64,000 nucleotides of DNA from Raillietiella orientalis. Taxonomy: Eukaryota. Positions 1-12,600 of this stretch are shown in pieces. Position 1 is the first letter of the stretch. Every line of letters begins with the position of its first letter. Below the pieces are notes generated by a model that was not told where the DNA came from, did no database searches, and saw only the letters and a list, made by a program, of their open reading frames with translations. The stretch is taken from assembly GCA_036172245.1 (NCBI GenBank), contig JAYWIR010000017.1, forward strand, positions 3,100,001-3,164,000. The letters are read 5' to 3'. Position numbers and translations under genes: made by a program.

Positions 1-338
1 TGCACTCTGAAGAGAGACATCATCAATCCACCAGCTCCACGGTACGAGACGGAGGGTTCCCCCCACTGGGGGTCTAGTCCATTGCACAACTGGCGGGGAA
101 CCCCGACTCCTTGATTCTATTTCCTGGAAGGACCCTGGAGGATAGATTTCCAATCCCGGCCACTCACAGGGGGCATCCGGTTTTAACCGCTACCGGTGCC
201 GCACCCGAATAAATGGAGGCCAATTAGCGTCATCTTGCAGGAGGAACTCGAACCCACGACGCGCACCTCATCTCTCGGCGTCGATTCTTGCCTAGCATTC
301 GAGCCCGCAATGCTTGGTTTATCACCCGGCCACGCCGG
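1..338 (-). mobile_element. tRNA-derived SINE copy, truncated by the window edge
   Basis: The reverse complement reads ...accaagcattgcgggctcgaatgc...gaatcgacgccgag...gtcgtgggttcgagttcctcctgcaagatgacgct...ggccgggattgg...ggtccttccaggaa...ggagtcggggttcccc. This is colinear with the copies at 38745-39260 and 49470-49900. Confidence 0.7.
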
Positions 339-1300
339 GATGTTTATTATAAAAAATAAACATACATGTGTAGCGCCATCGACCCCACATTGTCCGAAAA
401 TGCTCGAAACCTTCCAAGTGACCGGCACGCAGCCGGCGAGGTTCGCGTCAGCAGCAGAGGGGAGGGGCAAATAGAAATAAAAATCAATAATAAACAAAAC
501 TTTGGGGGGCACGGGAAGGAATCATTGTCCGCTGGAGGGCGTCCTCTGCATTTTTTCCAGGATGCCTGCGAGTTCCATCCGAGTACGCCCCAGGCGGGGC
601 CATCTAGTTATCTTCCTCAGGAAGCGCAGGGCAAAGCAGATGGCGTCACTATCGCGCCGTCCTCCTCTGGCGTGGCTCCGAGCCGCCGCAATCCCGCGCT
701 AGGCAGCAGCAAAGAGCTTCCAGGGATGCAGCAGACGAAAGGGCATCGCGCTCGAAGAAGCGCTCCATCACGTCCCTGGGATTGCCCGTCGGTACACAAA
801 GGGCCGTTGCCTAACGCAACCATAGGAGCCCGAGGGCAACACAGTCTACAAGCAGGTGTGGGAGCTAGGATTCCCGTTCCCCTCACCTGCAACAGTTGAG
901 GTCTGTAGCCCTCCGGGTCCAATGAGATCGGTGTGCGTTGCACGGGAGACCCCAGTGCAACAGCAGAAGTGCCGACCCCTCCCATTTCAGGAGGAGGACC
1001 CGGTTGTTCTTCAGTGCTGAGGATCACTCGAAGCCTTCCTCTAGGATTTCCAGCAGCTCACTCCAGCGCAATAGTCCTTTCGGTAGGGCACTTGGGGTCG
1101 CAGCGCCTTTGAGCTGGCCCGTGGTCCAACCACCTTCTTCCTTCGTCGGAAGACCTATTCCGCAACTGACCTCCCATTTAGACAGCTGGTTACTGCTCAG
1201 GTGTTCCCTGGGGGCGGGCAGTGCTGCCTCTAGGGAGGTTCTTTGCGCCCACGTGCACGCGGTGGACTGCACGATGACGTCCTGCAGCCAGCGGTTGCTG
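333..1300 (-). mobile_element. Degenerate 3' part of an L1/Tx1-like non-LTR retrotransposon (zf-RVT/CCHC knuckle plus 3' UTR)
   Basis: Minus-strand translation gives LPTKEEGG (compare the LPKxEGGLG motif after RT) and LLLHWGLPCNAHRSHWTRRATDLNCCR*GERES*LPHLLVDC (a CX2CX7HX4C-type knuckle with stops). An AATAAA-containing AT-rich end lies at about 340-360. Positions 333-1078 are repeated at 40245-40972. Confidence 0.65.
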
Positions 1301-1399
1301 TAGAAGGGAGTGATGCAGTCGCTGCCGCATCTCCAGGTTCGCTTCGTTGTTCTTCTCACACGTGCTGATGGTTTCCTGCAACCAGGCACTACCGTTTGC

Positions 1400-3200
1400 G
1401 GGCCGGCAGGAGGTCCAGTTGTTGGTCCTGGTAAGCTTGGCCACTCGCCGGAGCTCCAGTTCTCTTGGTGGTGCCACGCGCGGAGATCGTGACCACATGA
1501 CCTCCGACGCGGGCTCAAATCCGAAACATCTGTACGATTTCTCATGCCCATCGGTCTCGTTCACATTGTGTAGATGCATGTACGATTTCTGAGAAAGAAA
1601 AGTCAACAGGATGGTGATGCAAGTAAACTCCAAAAGGTTTCGATAAGGCTGTGAACGGCGTGTAACCTTGGTAGTCCATGGAGCACACCCCTAAAGCACG
1701 GTCCACAGGAAAGATACGAAATGATAAAATCAACCCTTCTTCCCCAGAAGGTAGATATTCATTGATCATGCCAATCTGCCTGCTCCAAACGTTGATGTGT
1801 ATCTGTTGTTATGACTCCATGTCATTTTAGGCGATCATCTGAGACGCGTTGAAGGAAGTTACCAAGGAGCTCCAGAACTTTCTACTCTGGAAGAATGGAA
1901 AGGGAGCGAAACAGAAATCGAGGATCTCAAAGTACCAGAAAACTGTGAACATCGAACCTTATCGAAATGATGAGACCAACGTAATCAGAACATTCTACCG
2001 CATGCGGCCACTGATGCCTTGTTCTCGGCTCGGAGGGATGCCCTTTCCAAGTGTAAACCACAGGAGAGATGACTCTGAGCTCATCTTTTACTTCTCCCAT
2101 TTGGAAAACAAAATCCGCTTTCTTTAGCGATACACGATGGACATCTTGGATTCTTTGAATTTTTTCTCAATCGTATCCTCGTTTAATTTTTCAAACATTT
2201 CACCAATTTTTCAATTGGTGTTTGCTTCTTTGGTTCCAAGGTCTCAGAAGAGGAATTCACGAAGAGTAACTGATAATGTGGATCAACAGAGATGAAACGT
2301 AAACCTGCGAGTTTCGAAGCTCCGTTAGCGTGTGTTAAAGTGGTTTTCTGCCCTGTGTGGTGGAAGAATATGATGGAATGGATCAACAGAAACTGGTAAC
2401 CCTTATCAGATCGCATCCTTAACCAGAGTAGAACTGGAATAAATTGGGCTATACTTATCCACGACACGTGAACAATAAAAATCGAAAGGAACTCATCATT
2501 GGTCATCGTTACGGACTTGTTTCGGAAGAGATATCTTGAGAGATAAGTTGTTGGAGCAAAATCCAATCTATTTTCTAGTGTTCTCGTGCAAAAGAATGTT
2601 TGCTCGCTCCGAACTTCATTGCTGGCCCGAAAGGAAGATCCGATGTTACGAGGGAAGAGTTCTCGTTATTATGCTCATGCATTCCTTTCGATTTGCTCCC
2701 CTGCTGTAACGCAGATACGAAGATGGAATAACGGTACGGGACAGGGACTCCTGAGGCCAGGTGACAAGCCAATCCAGACGGGAATGCTCACGAGGACGAC
2801 AAATTTTCCAATGAGGAGGAACATTCGACGGAAAGGAAGCAGGATGCAGTCTCGTTGCCCTTTCAGTTGTACTATGTGAATTCCTCAAGATTTCATTCTG
2901 CGAAGAGAATTCTTCGGTTCCCGAACTCATTTCAGGGAGTGAGGCGGGGAGCCCGCATCCTAGCAAATCACTCTTCAGCAAGTTTCCGCCTACCTTTCGG
3001 GGTGAAAATTGCCAACGGTTACTAGTGCCGGCGAGTATCTTACAATACCGTCGCTAGGGACTCCAGTCTCCAGGCATCGGACCTTACCGCAGTGCAGTGG
3101 ACTCTCGGACTTGCACAACGCGACGACAAGGAAGGCGGTGAATCAGTCCCGTGAGATGCTGTGGATGAATTTCGATTTTGTGGCGCAGCATCCGCTCAGT
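1400..3200 (-). mobile_element. Highly decayed RNase H-containing LINE (I/LOA/R1-group-like) ORF2 remnant
   Basis: Degenerate motifs occur in the expected order across frameshifts: RVVQVRES..TGVP (GVPQG), RLDWLVTWPQ (LDxxLTW), LWFTLG (YTDGS), FTVFWYFEI (TVFQAEL), IHINVWSRQIGMINE (WVxxHxGIxGNE), then a C-terminal HLHNVNETD..RC zinc-knuckle-like region. Many stops. Confidence 0.5.
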
Positions 3201-3499
3201 TGTTTCTCAAAAAGAATACGAACATGTGGTTTCCGTATCTTGAATTCTATTTGATTCCCATTTTCGTGGGTGAAATGGAGCAAGAAGATCCATTTTCCAA
3301 CAACGAGGACGGTGGGCCTGAAGCTATAGAACGGGTTAAAAATGACAAAACTGTGAAAGCTTTTTTTTTTTCTTATTTTTTCACTTTAGATGATAAATAA
3401 ACACACTGAATTTCTTTGCTTCCTGTTTCAAAGTGAAATAATAAATATTTTATGGCCATGACGTTCAAGATGCATTTTTCCTATTTTTTTTATAAATAC

Positions 3500-3870
3500 T
3501 ATCGTATTATTTCTGTGTAACCAGTAGGGCTCGTATGGAGTGCATCCCCCGCATTATCCAGTAGCCTACTGTGCCTGTTCTTACATATTTCAGAGTATGC
3601 GATTGGGTCCTCGAAGCATTTTATTATATACCCTATAAACTCAACGGAATAGTTCGCAAGTATGAATCTGTCTGGAAATTTCATAAATGCAAGACATTTT
3701 ATGACCATGAGTAGGTATCTTATTCTTTTACGGCCTCGATGGTACAAAATAATGACACATCGGAGCATTTCTTATTTATTGCCCTCATTCTGGTTGCTGA
3801 AGCCTTGCCAATTCTTCAAGATAGCACACGGTACGATGTCTAAAAACGAGTGCCCTTCATTGAAAACCAT
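3500..3870 (-). mobile_element. Possible Tc1/mariner transposase remnant
   Basis: ORF 3499-3768 contains EMLRCVIILYHRG (like KVMLxVWWDxxG) and RLLDNAGDALHTS (like LLHDNAxPHT). Short and degenerate. Confidence 0.3.
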
Positions 3871-3979
3871 GCTATGATTCATGACGGAGCAATGCACGCT
3901 TAAATGTCTTCCCCGGCTGCCTTCTTGATTCCTTAATTATAAGGAACGTATACTTAGAAAGATTTGCAGAGTATGAGAT

Positions 3980-4760
3980 TTTTTAACGCTCGGGCAAGTG
4001 AAGTTTGATTGAGCTTGCAAGGAGCCATTTTGATGTGTGGGTGATGGAACTTGCGTCTTACAATCCATGCTCTCAGAACGAGGTCTGGATTCTTCAGCAA
4101 AATCCTTTACCACTTAAGCAACCACCCAATTACCAGTCGAGTATTCTTGTTTCAAGTTCTCCTGTATCAAGAAAATCACGGACGGAAGAAAAAAAAATAC
4201 ACAGCTCAGATAATGAATTGGGGATGGTTTCTAAAACCTGGACGTTCCAGGAAGCCAGCAAATCCATAAATCCATCATTTTGCACAAGGCTTAATTTCTT
4301 CTAGCAATCGTTCCCTTTTGCTGAAGAGTGGATTGGTGGTGGCCGGTGCAATTTGCCTCCAAGATGATGGCGTTGACCATTTGGGGAATGGCGAACGAGA
4401 TCCTCTTGCCCAAACCTAAAGTTCAAGGTCTGAGATGGATACCCCTTCAACGAGCGCACCTCATCGCAGCATCAGCACTCGAGTTCACCAGTGGTGACGA
4501 TGCAAGAGAATTCCCTCTCTCTCTTAGAGAGAGCAATAATCTCCACGTACGCTCCTTGGATGCCTTCAACTTTGAGTTCCTTCTTTTGCGTTCTGTACTG
4601 TACAGTTGTGGAGAAACTCCATTCCTTAACCACGGGAGCGCAGCCAAAGGAAAACAGGTTCAATCACAGCGGCGAATATCAAAAGCCGAAAGTGACGACG
4701 CTGTTCCTAATGAATGACTTCAGATGGAAAACAAGTTGTAGCTCAAAAGAGGAAGACATA
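3980..4760 (+). mobile_element. Degenerate LINE reverse-transcriptase N-terminal remnant
   Basis: ORF 4328-4717 contains WGMANEILLPKPK...WIPLQ..LIAASALEF...LRESNNL, resembling WKxAxVxxIPKxxK...YRPISLL..K.LE...LExNNL of LINE RT. Confidence 0.4.
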
Positions 4761-5489
4761 AGAAGTCTTTTATTAGTTTCCTACGAGGAAGGAAAAGGTG
4801 TTTTGATGAGAAAATTGTTTGGAAATGCTGAAAAGGAAAAAGAAATTTTCGATTAAGGCAAATACTCCAACTCCTTCCGGTCCACTGAAATTCCGAAATT
4901 TTTCCGGAGACCAGAAGACCCGTCAGTGATGACACGATATTGGCGGAATATCCTGAAGCAAAGATTTGTTTCGTGTCCTAGCAACAGAGCTGAGCGTTCC
5001 TCAAAACGAGTATGAATTCCGGCATGTCACTTCTGAAACAGAAATCCTTTTGCACAGTTTCCCCAAAATTAGGGTAGTGGCTGGTTCACTGCGATCCCAG
5101 GCAGTGTAGCGATAGTAAAAAAAAAAAAAAAAAAAAAAAAGGGACTCTTAAAAACCTTTATATCTCAATAAGTTCGGTCTCTAGAGAGACCTGTATGCTA
5201 GACTCTTTCTTGGACCATGCCAGAGCCAGGACGGTTGCCATCACTACCTATTGCATGAGGATCACTGCTCTCAAAGCTTCTAAGGATGGCAGACTTGACT
5301 GCTGCTCTAGTCAAGATGCCTCTCAGACTTGAGGAGGATTGCTGACAATTTAAGCAGTTAAGGGAGCAATTTTTTTTTCTTCAAAAACCTATTTCTGGAA
5401 GAAAAAAGAATTATTCAAAAAATTTCCTAATTGTACGGAAAATAAGAAACCTCATACATAAGAAAAATAAAAAACTCATGAGAAATTGA

Positions 5490-6600
5490 GTCCAATTTTG
5501 CAGTATGATATGTTTCGATGCAAGGTGCGAGACAAAGTGGCACCTCGCAGGCTGAGCACCAACATCGTGTTTCCTCAGGAATGCCATTTTTTGAACACAC
5601 GATGCATCTTAGCCATGCACTAGTGTTTGATGGTGTAGCTAGTATAAAATGTAGAAAGTGTTTTCCGATGAGGCGCGAGGAGGTTTGGCAGTTACAGTTG
5701 GTGGACCAGCTGTCCCAGTTTCTTGAGTTGAAGATTCCTCAATAATTTGTTGAATACATTCGAGCAAAAAATTGAAGCGATTTAATTTTCCATTGTTCTT
5801 TCTATAGAATAAATAGGAATTCAAGCACATAACGTCTAAAAGACGGAGGAATAGTTTCATCCTGTAATACTGCTTTAACCTCTTTCTTGCCAGCATGTTT
5901 GCTGCAGTGATACCATCCCTTCTGTCCACTCCACCCATTTTTTTCCATAATCAAACACCAAGTCAAGCTATCTGTTCACAACACCTCGTATCTCTGTTTC
6001 CATCATATTGGCGCCATGCACTGTACTGAAAAACAGTACATTCCTTTCGTACCGCCACTTCAATAACATTGTTTTGTTGTTACATCTTGCAAGGTACCGA
6101 CCTTTCTTTAGAGAAGTTGTTTCTATATCTTCAGGAATACCAAGTCTCTGCTGTCTCATGGTGCCCATAATGTCTGTGTTACAAGTACATAGTTTCTGTG
6201 CGAGTTCCATACTTGTGTACCAGTGATCCAAATAGAATTGATATCCCTGGTCTAGCAGGTCATGAGAAAGTTCAAGAACGATGCGAGTCGCGGACTTATA
6301 CTGAGGACGATTTTGACCACGTTCTGTATTTTTGCCATTTATTATTTTCTTCAATTAAAGCTTCAGTTAACCCAGTATGTAGAAAGGAAACGGAAGGAGG
6401 ATTTTTTGTTTGGTCGGCATACCTTACATCGCTTAAAAAATGTTTTGATAAAAAATAATGAGGTCGTTTTCCCGATCAGAATATAAGTAAAACACACGTT
6501 CGAATGCGATTGTTTTCACTTTTCACTAAAATTTCGTATTTTGGCAGCAAAGGGTAATTTTGTTTTCACATCGCGTATATATCCGTCAAACGCACCACGG
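5490..6600 (-). mobile_element. piggyBac-family (PGBD-like) transposase pseudogene, 5'-truncated with stops and frameshifts
   Basis: Motifs seen: FYLDHWYTS, MGTMRQQR, LLKWRYERNVLFFSTVH, MGGVDRRD, LLDVMCLNSYLFY, and the C-terminal Cys-rich domain RCIVCSKNGIPEETRCWCSACEVPLCLAPCIETYH at about 5500-5615. No TTAA/TIR ends were identified. Confidence 0.9.
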
Positions 6601-9600
6601 AGGCGCCTTCGCAAAACGTGTACGTACACGTGAAACTCGCTCAACAAGTTAAAAGCACTACTGAATGCTGCGCTGATAAGCAGTTTGAGTTCACGGGAGA
6701 TACACATCTCATCCCCATGTGGAATGCTGAGGATTATCCAGGTGCTCAAATGGGTTGTCTCTTCCAGCCTCAACTAGAGCAGGAAATTCATTTCCTTGAA
6801 AGCATGAACTACAAGGCAAACAAGGACTTTCGATATCTAATATGTTGCCCTACATTTTTCATCAAAATTGGGTACTTGACTTATGGGCAAATCATTCGGT
6901 TTTAATCAGCGTTCTGAAGGACGGTGAGAAAAAGAATGAACATCGCATGAAGATGCCACGAAAATTTCAAATACGCATGTGTGAGAGAGTCCTTCTTTCT
7001 ACGCCTTGGTTTCAATTCTAAACTCAGAAAAACGACCAGAAGGATAAATCTTTAAAAGAAAGCATCAAATGAATTACCTTCCCTTCAAATTCTAGGAAGT
7101 CATAAATTGTTTTTAAAACTCACGAAACCAGATGGGAAGAAGGAATTGGTGTGGCGTCATGCGCAAACGACCTAAGACTTGCATCTTCCTTTTTGAATAC
7201 ATGCTTTGGGCAGTTGTATTACTCTCGACTTACTCTGGACCTTCGACTGATAAAATGGTATACATTTTTCAAACCATCAGAGCATATTCGTAAGCGTTTC
7301 ACGAATGCAATTTCTTGTACGACTTGGGACCGAGTTCCCCAGCGGGACCAGACGACTTCTGCCTAGTTTTACTTGAAGTGAAATGTTTGGCTCGCTGCAG
7401 TCGGATGAAGAAGCTCTGGGTTTGAGTGGATGAAAACATTAAGAGATAAACATCTATAAGACTGTCCGAGGAATCCATTGCCTCCGTGTATCCATGTGCC
7501 TGCTACATAACACACCACTTACCGATTATTGGTCTGAAACAGCATTCTTCAAAGTTTCCTCAGCCAACAGTTTAGCAATGTGGGACGCATTCCAAGGATG
7601 TTTCAAAATGAAGGTCCTTTGAGAGGATTTTCTTCCTGAAGCACAACTAAGATATCTCCATCCAGCTGTTTCTAGCTTGCTATGGAGCTCAGCTGCTTTC
7701 CTCACAGCAAAGCAACTCCACAGTAGTTGGAAACAGTGGACATCACGGCAATCTCTGATTTACCATGAAAAAGTTTGCCAAGTTACAACAGCGTTTCTCA
7801 TTTTATTTTATTAATTTTTTTTACTTCATTGAGAGATCTGGAAACCATCACTCTTCACAGCTATCTTTTGATGATACTTTTTTTTTTTTGGAGCTGCAGT
7901 GATACCTGATACACCATCAAGGCAAAAAAGGGAAAATATGTCAACCTCTAATGTGTAATTCTGTGGTATCTAAGCACTATTAGAGGAGAATTTCTTGTGT
8001 AGCCAAGATAAATATCACATGCAATAGTATGAAACTGCATACAAGACATCTAAGATCCCAACTGTGGGGGGGAGGGGAATCGAACCTTGCAGAACTTCCT
8101 TTTCTCTTAAAATCATTGTATTCTTAGGTTTTTATAGATTTTTCTTTTGTGTTTGTCTTCTCGACAAGGTGACATCATTTCTTAATTTCTTTCTTTCTTT
8201 CTTTTCTTTTTTTGCAAACTCAGATAAATCAAGCGAAGTTCCCAGACACAATGCCAATTTGTATTTTGATTCGGCAATTTAGAAACTGGATATTTCTGTA
8301 TTCAAAATCTACCTTCTCCTTGTGTTCGTTAGAAGGAACCTTGTTTGACCGACCCATTTAGTGAGCCACTGCCAGGAGGCAAGAGTCGCCAAATACTTCT
8401 CGTAGAAACAGGAATTCCTTTCTTCCCCTTTGGTTTCTTGTACTTCAGGAATCACTTTTATACCTGAGTCCGCACCTCACGGTTTCGGAGCTGGATTAAG
8501 TATTAGCAAAATCAAGAGTCATCAAATGACGAAAGTAGGTAAAGCACGAACAGAAGACAGACAATGTTCGGCATTGAAAGGATGCAAATCATTTCTCTCA
8601 AGAAAGTGATTTCAAAGAGTTTTTATGCAAAATTACTTCACCACCCAAGGGAGTGATTCACAAGATTAATATTTTACATGCGTCTAGACAATAGCATTTT
8701 AAGATTCTCCACAGACAGGAAAAAATCCATGATGACCCATTTCAATGAAGAGAATTATTAAATAAATTTTATTCAAAAGAATTAACAACTTGATGCCACA
8801 AGGCACGTTTTCATAGTGCATAGTTTGATGTTTCATGTTTCATGTGCATATAGTTTTGTACAGATACTATTGCATTTTATTTGTGACAATCATCGATTCT
8901 ATTTAAATGTAGCTACTACTATGTGTATGCCCGTGCTCAACATTCTCGAAGAATCGGTCTTCCAGGAGATGCAACTGAACCAAGATCTCAGAAACAACGA
9001 ATGGAAGCTCCAAACTACATGTGGATTCAGCATAAGTCGAGAGGGGCGAAAATTTAGTCCTGGCTATCCATGATGATCAGCTTACCTCAGCTTCCCAGAA
9101 GACAGAAGCACGAAATACATGGAAAATGTGAAGTTGAGTCAGAGATGGGTCTTTTACAGAGAAACAGCATTCGAAACGATAGCCATCGCACAAAATAAAG
9201 AAACGATAATGGACGCCCAGGGCGGTAAGAGAAATGTATGTACACCCATTACAAAAAAGAATGAAATATCCCAATCTCCTGTTCTTCAAGGAACTAGAGA
9301 ATTTTCAAAATGACGAGCAGAGTTCTAGTTATCGAAGATCAGCAAATGTTCATCGATGACAACTCTGGAAATATTGTACTCAAAAGGCAATCCCAAAACA
9401 GTACTCGTAATGCAGTCAGTGTTTTTTAACGACCGAAAGAAAAATGGTTCGTGAAAACTGCTCTATAAAATCCAAGAGATAATATGCACCCCCCAACTGC
9501 AGACCTACATTGAGAAAAATGTCCTGTCGTGAAAACTAAATAGTAATAGTCGATAATCCGTATCTGAATGAGAACATCTGAGCAGCGAATCTCGGGAATT

Positions 9601-12600
9601 CTGGAAATCGTAAACAAGCTGATTTTGGAGAAAAGTTCATATTTTAACTACTAACACGAACAGATGCATTAAAAACAAAATGTGGGAAGACCATTGCAAT
9701 TTTTCCCCCTGTGCAAGGAGGAAATGACACCACCTTAATAATAGAAAAATAAACTTGTTCCAAAATATTAACACCGGAAATTACAAACAAAAAAAATACC
9801 GCATAATTAATTCTCAAGAGAGCTTAAGGATTAAACATCGATTAAAGTGGGCAAAAAAAATATCTGCAACGGATGCAGAACCGCATATGTGCTCACAATT
9901 TCAAGAGAAACTTTCTTGAATCAATGTTGAAAGCATCAAGCAGTCCCTTGGGTTCCCACTGTGGATTCGTTTTGTTTCCTTGTTGCAAATAGCACAACAT
10001 GAAAAGTAATTATGCTGCGGCTATAAACGAAAAAAATGCTTGTGAGCAACTAAAATGCAAAATCTGTTTCTAATGATGAATTCAATGCTTACATTTCTGA
10101 GTGGGTTGCTAAAACCTTTACAATTTGTGCCACAGGCCTTCATTCACAATTCATGAAACCAACTCATGTGGCTGCACACATTTATTAGTACATATTTTTT
10201 GAGGATAAATATCAAGCAATAAGTGTGATTCCCACTACTTTTTTTTTTAAATAACATAAAGTCTGGATCAGATTTCAATTGCAGTTTAAAGTTCTTGAGT
10301 TCTGCTCTTGCATAAAAATGAAAATGCAAGAACTCAGTTTTTGACTATCTTATTTCCAGATGTATCAAATGGCTTGCAGTACATCTTGTGATCAAATCCT
10401 ATTGAAAGTCGCAGTATTTCTTGTATTTAAAATTTTTATCAATGGATCTGACCACATTCCCACATGAGATTCAATTCACCAGTACAACTATAAACCTATA
10501 CAGCACTTATGTTTACATGACTTCTGTTGCTTCTCTCAGATATGTTAACATTCAGGGTCACTGCATACCTTGCCAACTTGGGGTGCTGAATAAAGTGAAG
10601 AAAGACTGCCTTTTGGAGATATTATCAGAATGTGACCTGATTCCAAAACAAGCCTGCATTACAGGGAATAGATTTTGTCAATGTTGACTATAGCTCAGTA
10701 ATTTATTATGCATTATTGAGTCACTGTAAGTGTGTCTAAACATGTTAATAGGAGTTGAAATGTTCATAAATCCAGTACTTGATACCATGGTTTGTAGCAG
10801 ATAATTAGGCATTGCAATCACCATCAAGAAACAAAACACAATTAATCATCTCAGATATAAAGGTATCATCCAGTAATCAATACATGTAATCCAAACTTCA
10901 TTTTCATATGGAAATGAGATTTTCATTCATCCTTTAATTTCCCCAAAAAACAGTTTCCCAGCTTTTTTCCCGAAACTTTAATATGAACTTGAAAATTTAC
11001 AGTGTCATCCTATTTATCACAACGAACAAATGTACAGATAATAAATGTTGGTGTGAAAATGTCAAAGGAAACAAGGGGGAATTGATGAAGATACATGAGG
11101 AGTTCACAAAACAGGACAATGGTGCTTATAAGAATCAATGCAATAGGAGACCCATTTAGAATTGATGGGTTACGCCAAACTAATGAAGAGTTAGCAAATA
11201 AAAGCTACCCTTTAAATATAATGGTTTATTACCTTAAAAATCATTTTTTAAAAAACAATAATTACCGTGGAAATCGAAATTATTACATGAAATACTATGG
11301 TGCAGTTAGGATGTAACTAGAAATGCATATCATTAAGTAAATCATGATGGAAATGGATTTACCAATGATGAAACAAGACCTAGAAAATCAAATACTGCAG
11401 GATTTTAAATGAAATATACATATATATTTGTAGAACATTTGCAAGCACAATATATTTTGACATAGTTACTTGATTAGCTATTTAAATCCCACATGAGAAA
11501 ACCAACTCAATTCAAACCATGCTTGGCATATGATCTTCATGAATTGTGTTTCCATTTAAGCAAACCTTCATACATACAGAGTTATAAGCTGTTAATATCC
11601 ACCTCAATGCTAATTGGGACACAGAATTGCGATATGCACTAACAATCACCAGAAAAATATTGGAGAAATACCAGAAATAGTACAAGGCACTTCAGATACA
11701 ATTAAGAATTTTTGAAAATAAGGAAATAACCAGAGTGTTACAACAGTAAAAAAATTCTGATTAGAAAGATGCAACATGGAGACGATTGTGACAATTATAC
11801 ATGATGCAAACATTTATTTCCCAATTCATAGCACTAATACTACTCACTACTGAGATTACTCACTACTGAGACTGCTTTTAATTTGACCAATTCTAATGAA
11901 TTGCAATTACAATCCCTGTATATGACAATTGTTGTTAGTAATCATCTGTTTCATTTTAAGACACAAATTTTGAACATCACCCCAGTTTCTGATGAAAAAC
12001 TCATTCCTCACTATACCGAAAATGCAAAAAAATAAAAAGATGACATAGAATCGGATTTTTAAAAAATATCTGATCCTATATATAACTGTCACATAGATGT
12101 GAAAAGCTTCTTTATAACTCCATGAAACAAAAAAAAAAAAGGTAGTGCCTGGACAGAGCACACTTGCATCACATATGCTAAGACTCTGTGTGTGCATGTG
12201 AATCAGAGAAATGCTGTACTCACACTCAAAATTCTATAAAAAAAAACACCAATTTCATGAACAGCCAAAACACACAACCATACACATAATAAACTGCATA
12301 AGCATAGAAGAATGACTTGTTCTCCACCATTCATGAGCAATAATAACCACAATATATGAAACCAAAAATGGATGGAAATTCTGCTTTGTGAATAGGGGAT
12401 TCATCTTGCTGACAAATTCCCAGCTATAAAAGCAATCTTTACAAATGCAACTTTCAATGGTCTTTTCTTAAGAATTAAATGCTTGGTATTTCGAAGATAA
12501 AACCATAGTTATATATTGGATGAGCCATTAACAGAAAAAAACACAGCAGCTGAAGCCATACTTAGCATCAATTAAAAAATTTTTTGCAACCACTTCATTG

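Noticed and set aside
1600..2570. Possible endogenous viral element from unexplained minus-strand ORFs
   Set aside because: The motif order fits a LINE RT-RNase H region better, and no viral hallmark motif is visible.
5118..5140. Long poly(A) run as a retrocopy tail
   Set aside because: No identifiable retrogene or TSD, and A/T homopolymers are common throughout the window.
8064..8092. Minus-strand B-box GGTTCGATTCC suggesting a tRNA gene
   Set aside because: There is no A-box or cloverleaf upstream; at most it is a SINE scrap.
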